DNA of 64,000 nucleotides from the NCBI GenBank assembly GCA_038746695.1, contig JBCDKL010000001.1, forward strand, positions 28,451-92,450. The letters are read 5' to 3'. This DNA is from Pseudomonadota bacterium. Lineage in GTDB: Bacteria > Pseudomonadota > Alphaproteobacteria > Rhodobacterales > Rhodobacteraceae. A program made the position numbers and the translations under genes. Under the pieces are notes generated by a model, which saw nothing but the letters and a program-made list of their open reading frames with translations, searched no databases and had not been told where the DNA came from. This document shows, piece after piece, positions 46,961 through 56,354 of the stretch. Numbering within the stretch: position 1 is the stretch's first letter; every line of letters starts with the position of its first letter.

Positions 46961-48250
46961 ATGCTGATCTGGTTCCTGCCCCTTTTCCTGATTTTCCTGA
47001 TGATCGGCCTGCCGGTGGTGTTTGGCCTGCTGGCGGCGCCCGGTCTGCTGCTCTGGCTCAACGGTCAGGAGCGCGACATCACGCTGCTCTACCGCAATGT
47101 CTATAACGGGATGGACAGTTTCCCCCTGATGGCGATCCCCTTCTTCATGCTCGCCGGAGAGCTGATGAACCGCGGCGGCATCACCATGCGGCTGGTGGAG
47201 TTCGCCCAGGCCCTGATGGGGCATTTCCGGGGCGGTCTGGCCCATGTGAACATCCTGAGTTCCATGCTCTTTGCCGGGCTCTCGGGCTCGGCGGTGGCCG
47301 ATACCTCGGCGCTGGGTTCCATGCTGATCCCGGCGATGGAGAAACAGGGTTATTCCCGCCGCTTTGCAGCTGCGATCACCGCCGCGAGTTCGGTGATCGG
47401 GCCGATTATTCCGCCCTCGGGTATCATGATCATCTATGCCTATGTGATGGGCGAGAGCGTCGCCGCCCTCTTCCTTGCGGGGATCGTTCCGGGAATCCTC
47501 GTGGGTGTGGGCCTGATGCTCATGGTCAAGGTGATGGCGGACAAATACGATTTCCCCATCGCTTCGGCCAAGACCACATGGGGCGAGCGCGGGCAGGCGA
47601 GCCTCAAGGCGTTTTTCCCGCTGATGACCCCGGTGATCATTCTGGGCGGGATCCTCGTGGGGATCTTCACACCGACCGAGGCGGCCGCCGTGGCCGTGGC
47701 CTATGCGCTCTTTATCGGGTTCTTCGTGCTGCGGACGCTCAAGGTCTCCGAGCTGCCGGATATTCTGGGCCGGGCGGGGATCACTTCGGCGGTGGTGCTG
47801 CTGCTGGTGGGCGCGGCCATGGCCTTCAAGACCGTGGTCAGCCTCAGCTACGCGCCGCAGATCATGGCCGATTTCATGCTCTCGCTGTCGAACAACCCGT
47901 TGATCCTGCTTCTGTTGATCAACCTGCTCCTGTTCGTGGTGGGGATGTTCCTCGATGCAGGTCCGGCGATCATCATCCTGGGGCCGATCCTTGGACCGAT
48001 CTTCGTCGATCTGGGCGTGGACCCGATCCATTTCGCCATCATCATGAGCGTCAACCTGACCGTGGGGCTCGCAACGCCGCCTATGGGGCTCGTCCTCTTT
48101 GTGGCAAGTTCGGTGTCAGGCGAGAGGGTGGAGCGCATCGCGAAGGCGATCCTGCCCTTCCTCGCGGTGGAGATCTTCGTGATCTTCCTGATCACCTATG
48201 TCCCCGCGATTTCCATGACCATTCCCCGCCTGACCGGCTTTGTCGAGTGA
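46961..48250 (+). CDS. dctM: TRAP transporter large permease
   Basis: AIPFFMLAG, SGSAVAD, IIPPS, TPTEA and TPPMG motifs. Confidence 0.92.
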   Translation: MLIWFLPLFLIFLMIGLPVVFGLLAAPGLLLWLNGQERDITLLYRNVYNGMDSFPLMAIPFFMLAGELMNRGGITMRLVEFAQALMGHFRGGLAHVNILSSMLFAGLSGSAVADTSALGSMLIPAMEKQGYSRRFAAAITAASSVIGPIIPPSGIMIIYAYVMGESVAALFLAGIVPGILVGVGLMLMVKVMADKYDFPIASAKTTWGERGQASLKAFFPLMTPVIILGGILVGIFTPTEAAAVAVAYALFIGFFVLRTLKVSELPDILGRAGITSAVVLLLVGAAMAFKTVVSLSYAPQIMADFMLSLSNNPLILLLLINLLLFVVGMFLDAGPAIIILGPILGPIFVDLGVDPIHFAIIMSVNLTVGLATPPMGLVLFVASSVSGERVERIAKAILPFLAVEIFVIFLITYVPAISMTIPRLTGFVE

Positions 48251-48306
48251 CAGCGCCGGAGAGACAGACACAACCGCAAAAACACGATCAACTGAGGAGG
48301 TACACA

Positions 48307-49365
48307 ATGTACAAAAACACCCTGAAGGCGATGCTGGCCGGCGCGATGCTGATCGCGACCCCGCTGGCGGCGACCGCACAGGACTACACCCTGCGCGCCA
48401 CCGCGAATTCCAACGAGAATGACGAGGATTATGACGGCCTCGTGGTTTTCAAGAACTTCGTCGAGAGCGCGTCGAATGGCGCGATCGCCGTTGAGCTCTT
48501 CATCGGTACGCAGCTTTGCTCGAACGGCGCGGAATGCCTGCAGGGCGTGGCCGATGGCTCGATCGATATCTATATCTCGACCTCGGGCGGCGCCTCGGGG
48601 ATCTTCCCCTATGTGCAGGTGCTGGATCTGCCATACCTTATGGCCGATGACCGGGTCGCCGAAGCGGTTCTCGCTGGTGACTTTACCCGCAAGCTGCGCC
48701 AGATGGCGCTGGAAGACAGCGGCGACACGATCCGTCTGATGACCGTGGGCAACACGGGGGGCTGGCGCAACTTTGCCAACACCGAGCGCCGCGTGGCCGC
48801 GCCCGCCGACATGGAAGGGCTGAAGATCCGCACCGTGGTCGCCGACCTGCCGCAAGAGCTGGTCCGGGCGCTTGGCGCTTCCCCGACCCCGATCCCGTGG
48901 CCGGAGCTGTTCACGTCCTTCCAGACCGGCGTGGTCGAAGGTTCCAAGAACGGCATCACCGACATCATGGGCATGAAATTCCCCGATGCGGGTCTGCAAT
49001 ACGTGACCCTCGACGGGCACGCCTATATGGGCGCGCTCTGGTGGATGAGCAACCAGCGCTTCCTCGAGATGCCCGAGGATATGCGCCGCGTGGTCGTGGA
49101 CGGGTTCTATGCGCTGCAGCAGGCGACCTTCGCCTCGCCGAAGCGGAAATCCATCGCGGCCTATGAGGAATTCGTGGCCGGTGGCGGCGACCTCTATGTC
49201 CCGACCCCGGACGAGAAAGCGGCCTTCAAGGAAGCGGCGGCTCCGGTCTTTGACTGGTTCAAGGCCAATGTGGGCCGTGGCGACGAGGTGTTTGACGCGC
49301 TGAACTCCGCCGTGGCGGAAGCCGAAGCCGAGATCAACGCCGCGCGCGCTGCAGACCTGCAGTAA
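48307..49365 (+). CDS. dctP: TRAP transporter substrate-binding protein (candidate sulfoquinovose-related ligand)
   Basis: GAGGAGG RBS; signal peptide MYKNTLKAML...AQ; DMEGLKIRT and FQTGVVEG motifs. Confidence 0.88.
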   Translation: MYKNTLKAMLAGAMLIATPLAATAQDYTLRATANSNENDEDYDGLVVFKNFVESASNGAIAVELFIGTQLCSNGAECLQGVADGSIDIYISTSGGASGIFPYVQVLDLPYLMADDRVAEAVLAGDFTRKLRQMALEDSGDTIRLMTVGNTGGWRNFANTERRVAAPADMEGLKIRTVVADLPQELVRALGASPTPIPWPELFTSFQTGVVEGSKNGITDIMGMKFPDAGLQYVTLDGHAYMGALWWMSNQRFLEMPEDMRRVVVDGFYALQQATFASPKRKSIAAYEEFVAGGGDLYVPTPDEKAAFKEAAAPVFDWFKANVGRGDEVFDALNSAVAEAEAEINAARAADLQ

Positions 49366-49378
49366 GAGCAAGCTCTCT

Positions 49379-49415
49379 GGGGTGGCTGGGCTTTGGGCCC
49401 GGCCGCCCCTTTTTT
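49379..49415 (+). terminator. Rho-independent terminator of the smo/TRAP operon
   Basis: ggggtggctgggc-tttgg-gcccggccgcccc-tttttt. Confidence 0.8.
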
Positions 49416-49453
49416 AAGGGATAGGGCGGTTCGGGTTGAAGCCGTCGGCCAGT

Positions 49454-49473
49454 GAGTATTTTTGGAACAATGA
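49454..49473 (+). repeat. Partial copy (3' tail) of the dispersed REP-like element
   Basis: GAGTATTTTTGGAACAATGA matches the tails of the copies at 30.0 and 59.6 kb. Confidence 0.55.
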
Positions 49474-49504
49474 TGGGCAAGGCGCGCGGATGCGGGCCGT
49501 CTAG

Positions 49505-49990
49505 TCACCGAAACGGGTACATCCAGACCTTGTAGTCATCGACCAGCTCATGAGCTTTGGCGACCTGATCGGCGGTCATCTTCTTGCGGACCTCTTCCTG
49601 GCTGTCGGCGGCATCCGGGTCGCCGCCAATCGCGCTCAGCACGTACCACATATAGGCGCGCACCAGATCCGGGCCGGGCATGCCGAGCCCAACCTCGTAG
49701 TACCAGCCGACCCCTGATTGCGCGCCCGCATGGCCCTTCATGGCCGAGCGCAGATACCACTCGAAGGCACGGGTATAGTCCTGCTCGACCCCGAGCCCCA
49801 GCGCGTACATCACACCGATCAGCTCTTCGGCCTCGGCATTCCCGGACCGTGCCGCTGGCCAGAGCAGATCCTTGGCCTCGGCAAAGCGGCCGTCCTCCAT
49901 CAAGTCGCGTGCAGGTTCCAGATCGGCAAATGCTGGACTTGAAACTCCGAGAAAGAGCGCCAAAATCGCCCCATGCAGCGCTGTCTTCAT
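49505..49990 (-). CDS. Secreted Sel1-like repeat protein
   Basis: Signal peptide MKTALHGAILALFLG...AFA; Sel1 repeats (IGVMYALGLGVEQDYTRAFEWY, GWYYEVGLG); AAGGA RBS. Confidence 0.85.
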   Translation of the reverse strand: MKTALHGAILALFLGVSSPAFADLEPARDLMEDGRFAEAKDLLWPAARSGNAEAEELIGVMYALGLGVEQDYTRAFEWYLRSAMKGHAGAQSGVGWYYEVGLGMPGPDLVRAYMWYVLSAIGGDPDAADSQEEVRKKMTADQVAKAHELVDDYKVWMYPFR

Positions 49991-51286
49991 CTCTTGGCTT
50001 TCCTTCTCGCAGGCCCCGCTCTCGCGGAGCTCCCGAAGCCCATTGGCCCCGAGGATTTTCACGCATTCGATCCGGATCAAGCTCGGATCGGTCAGCTTCT
50101 GTTTTATGACAAGATCCTGTCGGGCAACAGAAACATCTCCTGCGGAACCTGTCATCACCATGACCATGGCGGCACGGACGGGTTGAGCCTCGGGATCGGC
50201 GAGGGCGGGATCGGCGTGGGGCCGAAACGTACGGCGGGCATTGGGGAGGACCGGATCCGCAAGCGCATCCCCCGCAATGCGCCAGCTTTGTGGAACCTTG
50301 GCCTCCGGGAGGTCGACGTTCTCTTCCATGATGGTCGGCTCGAGGTCTCGGACCTCTATGGCAATGGGTTCAATTCGCCCGCTCAGGAATGGCTGCCCTC
50401 TGGGTTCGAGAGCATTCTCGCGGCTCAGGCGGTGCTGCCGCTGGTGGCGCAGTTCGAGATGGCCGGGAACCCCAAGGAGAACGAGATCGCGGGCGCGGTG
50501 CATGACCGGATCGACGCGGCCTGGCCGATTCTGGCCAAACGGGTACGGACCATCCCGGAATATGGTGCGATGTTTGTCAGCGCGTTCGATCATATCGACG
50601 CGCCTGAGCAGGTCACGATTGTCGAGATTGCCAATGCGCTCGCAGCCTTCATCGGGACTGAATGGGCCAATCACGACAGCCCCTTTGACGCCTATCTGGG
50701 CGGAGATGCGGATGCGCTCAGCTCCGAGGCCGCACGGGGCAAGGAGCTGTTCTTTGGGGATGCAGCTTGCGCGACTTGCCATTCCGGTCCGCTTCTCAGC
50801 GATCAGGGGTTCCATGCAATTGGCCTGCCGGCCTTCGGGCCCGGCCGGACCCGGCAATGGGATCCGATCCCACGCGATATGGGCCGGGTGGGGGAGAGCA
50901 ACCGGCTCGAGGATGCGTACCGGTTCCGCACGCCGCCTCTGCGCAATGTCGCGCTGACGGGGCCTTACGGACATAACGGCGCCTATGCCACGCTGGAGGG
51001 GATCCTGCGGCACCACCTCGATCCGGGTGCTGCGCGCGCGGATTGGGAGACAGCCGAGGCGCGCCTACCGGAGGTGCCTTGGCTCGCCGCGATTGATTTT
51101 GTCATCCGCTCGGACCGGGCAGAGATCGCGCGGCAGGCGGCGGTGCTCGACATCCAGCCAGTGGTCCTGTCCGATGCGGAGATCGCGGATCTGGTGGCCT
51201 TTTTGCACGCACTGACCGGGGTCACCGCGCAGACCCGACCGCTCGGGCGACCGGAGACGGTGCCCAGCGGGTTGCCCGTCGACTAA
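49973..51286 (+). CDS. Periplasmic di-heme cytochrome c peroxidase/MauG-superfamily protein (non-canonical)
   Basis: Signal peptide; GQLLFYDKILS, CGTCH, RNAP, CATCH and FRTPPLRNV...PYGHNG motifs. Confidence 0.88.
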   Translation: MQRCLHLLAFLLAGPALAELPKPIGPEDFHAFDPDQARIGQLLFYDKILSGNRNISCGTCHHHDHGGTDGLSLGIGEGGIGVGPKRTAGIGEDRIRKRIPRNAPALWNLGLREVDVLFHDGRLEVSDLYGNGFNSPAQEWLPSGFESILAAQAVLPLVAQFEMAGNPKENEIAGAVHDRIDAAWPILAKRVRTIPEYGAMFVSAFDHIDAPEQVTIVEIANALAAFIGTEWANHDSPFDAYLGGDADALSSEAARGKELFFGDAACATCHSGPLLSDQGFHAIGLPAFGPGRTRQWDPIPRDMGRVGESNRLEDAYRFRTPPLRNVALTGPYGHNGAYATLEGILRHHLDPGAARADWETAEARLPEVPWLAAIDFVIRSDRAEIARQAAVLDIQPVVLSDAEIADLVAFLHALTGVTAQTRPLGRPETVPSGLPVD

Positions 51287-51293
51287 GGCGCGC

Positions 51294-53294
51294 TCAGTTC
51301 AGATCGGCGAGCTTGCGGCCCTCCAGATGCAGTTGCTGCAGGATCTCGGGTGCTCCGCCGCCGAGCCGCTGGATCAACGCGCCGAGGCCCTCCGCATCCG
51401 CCCAATGCATAGGCCCGCCCAGATGCCGTGGAAAGCCGTAGCCAAAAAGCGTGACCGCATCGATATCGATCGGGCGCAGGGCGATGCCCTCGCTCAGGAT
51501 GTGCGCGCCCTCGGCGGCCATGGCGGTCAGGTAGCGCGTGGTGATCTCGGCGGCGGTAAAGCGGCGCGGCGCGCTGCTGCGCGCAGCGTCGATCAGTGGA
51601 ATGACCTCCGGGTTGGGTTGACGCGCGCGGCCTTCATGAAGGTAGTATCCCCGCCCGGTCTTGCGCCCGAACCAGCCCTTGGCGCAGAGCGCGTCTGACA
51701 CCAAAGCAACCTCGCCCCTGCGCTGGCGTCCGGCCTGTCCGATATCCAGCCCGGCAAGATCCGAGACCGCAAAGGGCCCCATAGCGAAACCGGCTGTCTC
51801 GAGCGCGGCATCCACCTCCCACGGGGTTGCGCCTTCGAGCACAAGCGCGTCCGCCTCGGCCCGCACCCGCGCCAGCATGCGGTTGCCGATGAACCCATCG
51901 CAGACCCCGGCGCGGACGGCGATCTTGCGCAGGCGCTTGGCCAGCGCGAAGCCAGTACACACCACGTCTGGTGCGGTGTCGCGCGCCACGACAACCTCAA
52001 GCAGGCGCATGATGTGGGCGGGTGAGAAGAAGTGTAGGCCGATCACATCCGCAGGGCGCGCCGTGGCCGCCGCGATCTGGTTGATGTCAAGATAGGAGGT
52101 GTTGGTTGAGAGGATCGCGCCCGGCTTGCAGAGCGCGTCGAGTTTGCCGAACACCTCCCGCTTCAGCGCCAGATCCTCGAACACCGCCTCGATCACAAGA
52201 TCGGCTTCAGCAAGCGTGTCCAGATCTGGCGCCATATTCAGTCGCGCCAGCGTATCGTCAACCGAGGTGAGCTTGCCGCGCGCGACGGCTCCGTCCAGGG
52301 TCTTGCGGATCCAGTCTTGCGCGGCCGCGCGGACGGTCTCGTTGGGCTCCACGAGCGTGACGGGAATCCCGGCCATCAGAAGGGCCGTCGCAATACCACG
52401 TCCCATTGTCCCCGCGCCGAGCACGCCCGTGCTCTTGATCTCGCGGGGCAGCGCCTCTGCCTCGGGGATCTTCGTCACGGCTCGTTCGGCAAAAAAGGCA
52501 TGGATCAACGCCGCACGCTGAGGTGAGGCCATGCAGTCGTTGAACAGAGCACGTTCCTGAACGAGACCATCGTTCAAAGGAAGGACGCTTGCGGCCACAG
52601 CCTCCACGCATTTCAGCGGCGCGAAGAGGGCGGAGGCCTGAGCCTTGGCTCGCGCCGCGTCGAGAGCAGGCGCATCCTCTGCCACATCCTGCGCGGCGGT
52701 CACCCGCGTCGGGAGTTCCCCTGACAGCACGGCCTCGGCCATTTCGAGGGCGATCTCTGCGGGCGCGCCATCACGGATCCGGTCAATCAGGCCCAAGGTC
52801 AGCGCCTCGTCGGACCCGATACGCCGACCGGTCGTGATCAATTCCAACGCAGGGGCGATCCCGGCGAGACGCGGGGCGCGTTGGGTGCCGCCGGCCCCAG
52901 GCAGGATGCCGAGGGTGACCTCGGGAAACCCGCAGAGCGTGCCGGGCAGGGCGATCCGTGCATGGGTGGCGAGCGCCACTTCGAAGCCACCGCCAAGGGT
53001 CGCACCGTGCAGGATCGAGATAACCGGGGTCGTGCTCTGTTCCAGCGACAGACAGACCTCGGGCAAAAGCGGAGCTTGGGGCGGCTTGCCAAACTCGCGG
53101 ATGTCCGCGCCCGCAATGAAGCCGCGACCGACGCCATAGAGCGCGATGACGTCGACCTCCGGATCCGCATCGAGCCGCCGGACGGCCTCCGTCAGGGCGA
53201 GGCGGAGGGCATGGGACGCGGCGTTCACCGGCGGGTTGTCCAGCGCGATCCGCGCGACCTTGCCGGTTTTCGTGACGGTTACTGGGCCGGGCAT
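51294..53294 (-). CDS. Bifunctional enoyl-CoA hydratase / 3-hydroxyacyl-CoA dehydrogenase (FadB/FadJ-like)
   Basis: NPPVNA, AGADI, GGGFE, PGAGGTQR, GAGTMG, EAVFE, TNTS, HFFSP and GFIGNR motifs. Confidence 0.92.
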   Translation of the reverse strand: MPGPVTVTKTGKVARIALDNPPVNAASHALRLALTEAVRRLDADPEVDVIALYGVGRGFIAGADIREFGKPPQAPLLPEVCLSLEQSTTPVISILHGATLGGGFEVALATHARIALPGTLCGFPEVTLGILPGAGGTQRAPRLAGIAPALELITTGRRIGSDEALTLGLIDRIRDGAPAEIALEMAEAVLSGELPTRVTAAQDVAEDAPALDAARAKAQASALFAPLKCVEAVAASVLPLNDGLVQERALFNDCMASPQRAALIHAFFAERAVTKIPEAEALPREIKSTGVLGAGTMGRGIATALLMAGIPVTLVEPNETVRAAAQDWIRKTLDGAVARGKLTSVDDTLARLNMAPDLDTLAEADLVIEAVFEDLALKREVFGKLDALCKPGAILSTNTSYLDINQIAAATARPADVIGLHFFSPAHIMRLLEVVVARDTAPDVVCTGFALAKRLRKIAVRAGVCDGFIGNRMLARVRAEADALVLEGATPWEVDAALETAGFAMGPFAVSDLAGLDIGQAGRQRRGEVALVSDALCAKGWFGRKTGRGYYLHEGRARQPNPEVIPLIDAARSSAPRRFTAAEITTRYLTAMAAEGAHILSEGIALRPIDIDAVTLFGYGFPRHLGGPMHWADAEGLGALIQRLGGGAPEILQQLHLEGRKLADLN

Positions 53295-54754
53295 GGACTC
53301 TCCGTGTCGAGGCCGAGTTCCGAGGCGAAGACGTCCAGAAGCCGGTGTTTGAGGATCTTTCCCGTAGGGGCGGTGGGCAGGGTGTCGACCAGAAGGATCC
53401 GGGTCGGGATCTTGTAGGGGGCGAGGTCGGTGCGGAGCCAGTCTTGCAAGGCCTGCTGGCTGACCGGCGCTGTGGTCTGGACGAAGGCCAGAACTTCTTC
53501 ATCGCCTTGGCTGGGTCGCCCGATCACGGCCGCTTGCGCAACATCCGGGTGCAGCGACAGGGCGGCCTCGACCTCCGGCGGGTAGATGTTGAACCCGCCG
53601 CGAATGATCAACTCCTTGGCGCGTCCAAGGATGTGCACCGCGCCGTCAGGGTCGATCCGCGCCAGATCTCCCGTGCGCAGCCAACCATCCGGGGTCAGAG
53701 CCGTGCGTGTGGCCAGCGGATCGCGGAAGTAGCCGCGCATGACCCCGGGGCTGCGCACCTCCAGCGCGCCGTCGGGACAAAGCCGGAGATTCACATCGCG
53801 GAGGGCGGTCCCGACGGAGATATCCACGCGGGGGCTGGCCGGGCGGGTGGCACAAATCCCGGGGCTTGCCTCGGTCATCCCGTAGCCATTGTGCAAGGGC
53901 AGGCCATAGCGCGCCTCGATCCGGGTTTTCCAATCCGGGTCGAGCGGCGCGCCGCCCGCCGAGAGGTAGCGCAGGTTCGGCGCAGGCGTGGCCTCGGTTT
54001 CGGTGATCAGGCGGGCGAACATCTGCGGCACGCCAGGGAAGACCGAAACGCCCTCTGCCATTGCAGCGGCGACCTCGCCGGGCTCGAACCGCGCCATGGG
54101 CCAGAGCCGCGCACCCGTTGCCAGCACCGCGAGCACCACGGAGGCGAAGCCGAAGATATGGGTGATCGGCAGGACTGCGAGTACCAGATCGCTGGGCACC
54201 ATATCCCGTAGATCGGCTGAGATGCGCGCGTTCCAGCAGAGATTTGCATGGCTCAGCATGACGCCTTTGGGCGTCTGCGTTGTCCCTGTGGTGTAGAGGA
54301 TGGCTGCGATCCTGTCCTCCGGACGGTCGGGGCAGGCTGATGGCGGGACCGGATCTGGCGTTGTCATGGCCAACCCAGGCGTTGTGCCCTGATCCAAGGG
54401 TGTGGCAGCGAGCCTGGCGCCATGGGCGGCCGCCTCGTCAGAACTCCCGGCCGCCACGAGCAGGGCGCGGGGTTGCAGATGGGCCCTCAGGGCGGCGATT
54501 TCAGCGGGCGTGTGGCGGGCATTGACCGGCGCGACGGTCGCTCCGAGCTGGCTTAGTGCCAGAACCGCGCGGATCGCATCCGGACAGGTCTCGGTAATCA
54601 GCATCACCCGGTCGCCCGGATGCACACCCCGCTGCCGCAAGGTATCGGCCAGCGCCGACACCGTTTCCCGCAGTGTCGCGTAGGTCTCTCCGTCCCGGAT
54701 CCAGTGCGATGTGTCCGGGGCCGCCTCGATCAGATCGTGCAGAAACCCCGTCAC
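53279..54754 (-). CDS. AMP-binding acyl-CoA ligase
   Basis: YTTGTTQTPKG, GYGMTE, TGDL and PTGKILK motifs. Confidence 0.88.
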   Translation of the reverse strand: MTGFLHDLIEAAPDTSHWIRDGETYATLRETVSALADTLRQRGVHPGDRVMLITETCPDAIRAVLALSQLGATVAPVNARHTPAEIAALRAHLQPRALLVAAGSSDEAAAHGARLAATPLDQGTTPGLAMTTPDPVPPSACPDRPEDRIAAILYTTGTTQTPKGVMLSHANLCWNARISADLRDMVPSDLVLAVLPITHIFGFASVVLAVLATGARLWPMARFEPGEVAAAMAEGVSVFPGVPQMFARLITETEATPAPNLRYLSAGGAPLDPDWKTRIEARYGLPLHNGYGMTEASPGICATRPASPRVDISVGTALRDVNLRLCPDGALEVRSPGVMRGYFRDPLATRTALTPDGWLRTGDLARIDPDGAVHILGRAKELIIRGGFNIYPPEVEAALSLHPDVAQAAVIGRPSQGDEEVLAFVQTTAPVSQQALQDWLRTDLAPYKIPTRILLVDTLPTAPTGKILKHRLLDVFASELGLDTESPCPAQ

Positions 54755-54922
54755 CTCTGGTCGCCTGTTTCAGCGGCCATGTCCTCCCTCCTCCCAAAGT
54801 TCGGCCCGGCTATGGGAGGGGAAGTGAACGCAATTGTCAAACACCCTGCGGCGCTGGGCCTGCGGCAAACTGCGTGGACAATGGCGCGGGAGTATGGAAA
54901 GGGACCGGTCAAGGAGACCACC

Positions 54923-56245
54923 ATGACCACCACCCGTTTCGCGCCGTCGCCCACCGGCTACCTTCATGTGGGCAACCTGCGCACTGCGCTGTTCAACTAC
55001 ATGATTGCCCGCAAGGCTGGCGGTACCTTCATCCTGCGCATTGACGACACGGATCCGGAGCGTTCCAGGCCCGAGTATGTCGACGCGATCCAGGAGGATC
55101 TGAGCTGGCTCGGGATCACTTGGGACCGGATCGAGTTCCAGTCCAAGCGGTTGGATCGCTATGCTGAGGCCGCCGATGCTCTGCGCGCTGCGGGGCGGTT
55201 TTATGAGGCGTTCGAGACGCCGACCGAGCTGGATCTCAAGCGCAAGAAGCAGCTGAACATGGGTAAGCCCCCGGTCTATGACCGTGCGGCGCTGAGCCTG
55301 TCCGAGGACGAGAAGGCCGCGCTGCGGGCCGAGCGAGGGCAGGGGGTCTGGCGGTTCAAGCTGGATCACGAGCGGATCGCATGGACGGACGGGATCCTCG
55401 GGGAGTTATCGATCGACGCGGCCTCGGTCTCGGATCCGGTGCTGATCCGGGGCGATGGGCAGGTGCTCTACACGATTGCGTCCGTGGTGGATGACACCGA
55501 GATGGGCGTAACCCATGTGGTGCGCGGCTCGGATCATGTGACCAACACCGCCACGCAAATCAAGATCATGGCTGCCCTGGGGCATGGCCACCCGGAATTT
55601 GCCCACCATTCGCTGCTCACCGGGCCCCAGGGCGAGGCGCTGTCGAAACGTCTCGGCACGCTTGCGCTGCGCGATTTGCGCGCGGACGGGATCGAGCCCA
55701 TGGCGCTTTTGAGCCTGATGGCGCGGCTCGGCTCATCCCAGCCGGTGGAGCTGGTCGACAGTCTCGACGCGCTGATCGAGGGGTTTGACCTCAGCAGTTT
55801 CGGCTCTGCCCCGACGAAGTTCGACCGCGACGACCTCTTGCCGCTGACTGCGCGGTTCCTGCACGGGGTGCCCTTCGCGGAGATGGCCGAGGAGATCGCG
55901 GGCCTCGGTGTGCCTGCTGATCTGGCCGAGACCTTCTGGGATGTGGCGCGCGCCAATATTACCACCCGTGCGGATCTGCCGGGCTGGTGGCATCTCTTCC
56001 GCGATGGCGGAGCGCCCAAAGTGGCCGATGAGGATCGCGATTTTGTCGCCGACGCCTTTGCCCGTCTGCCGGAGCCGCCCTATGGCCCGGACACATGGTC
56101 GAGCTGGACCACCGAGGTCAAAGAGGCGTCGGGCCGCAAGGGAAAAGGCCTCTTCATGCCCTTGCGCCGGGCGGTGACGGGTCTCGAGCGCGGACCTGAG
56201 ATGGCCGATGTGATGCGGCTGTTGCAGAAAAAGCCGACCCTCTGA
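54923..56245 (+). CDS. gltX: Glutamate--tRNA ligase
   Basis: TRFAPSPTGYLHVGN, LRIDDTD, RGSDH and LSKR motifs; AAGGAG RBS. Confidence 0.93.
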   Translation: MTTTRFAPSPTGYLHVGNLRTALFNYMIARKAGGTFILRIDDTDPERSRPEYVDAIQEDLSWLGITWDRIEFQSKRLDRYAEAADALRAAGRFYEAFETPTELDLKRKKQLNMGKPPVYDRAALSLSEDEKAALRAERGQGVWRFKLDHERIAWTDGILGELSIDAASVSDPVLIRGDGQVLYTIASVVDDTEMGVTHVVRGSDHVTNTATQIKIMAALGHGHPEFAHHSLLTGPQGEALSKRLGTLALRDLRADGIEPMALLSLMARLGSSQPVELVDSLDALIEGFDLSSFGSAPTKFDRDDLLPLTARFLHGVPFAEMAEEIAGLGVPADLAETFWDVARANITTRADLPGWWHLFRDGGAPKVADEDRDFVADAFARLPEPPYGPDTWSSWTTEVKEASGRKGKGLFMPLRRAVTGLERGPEMADVMRLLQKKPTL

Positions 56246-56354
56246 GCTTAGCGGGCCCGATCCGTTTCCGGGCCGGTGATAATGCTGCATGCATGACCTT
56301 CGGGTTGGACACAGGGCTCCGGGCTCGCTACGCTCACGTGACCCCGGAGACGCC

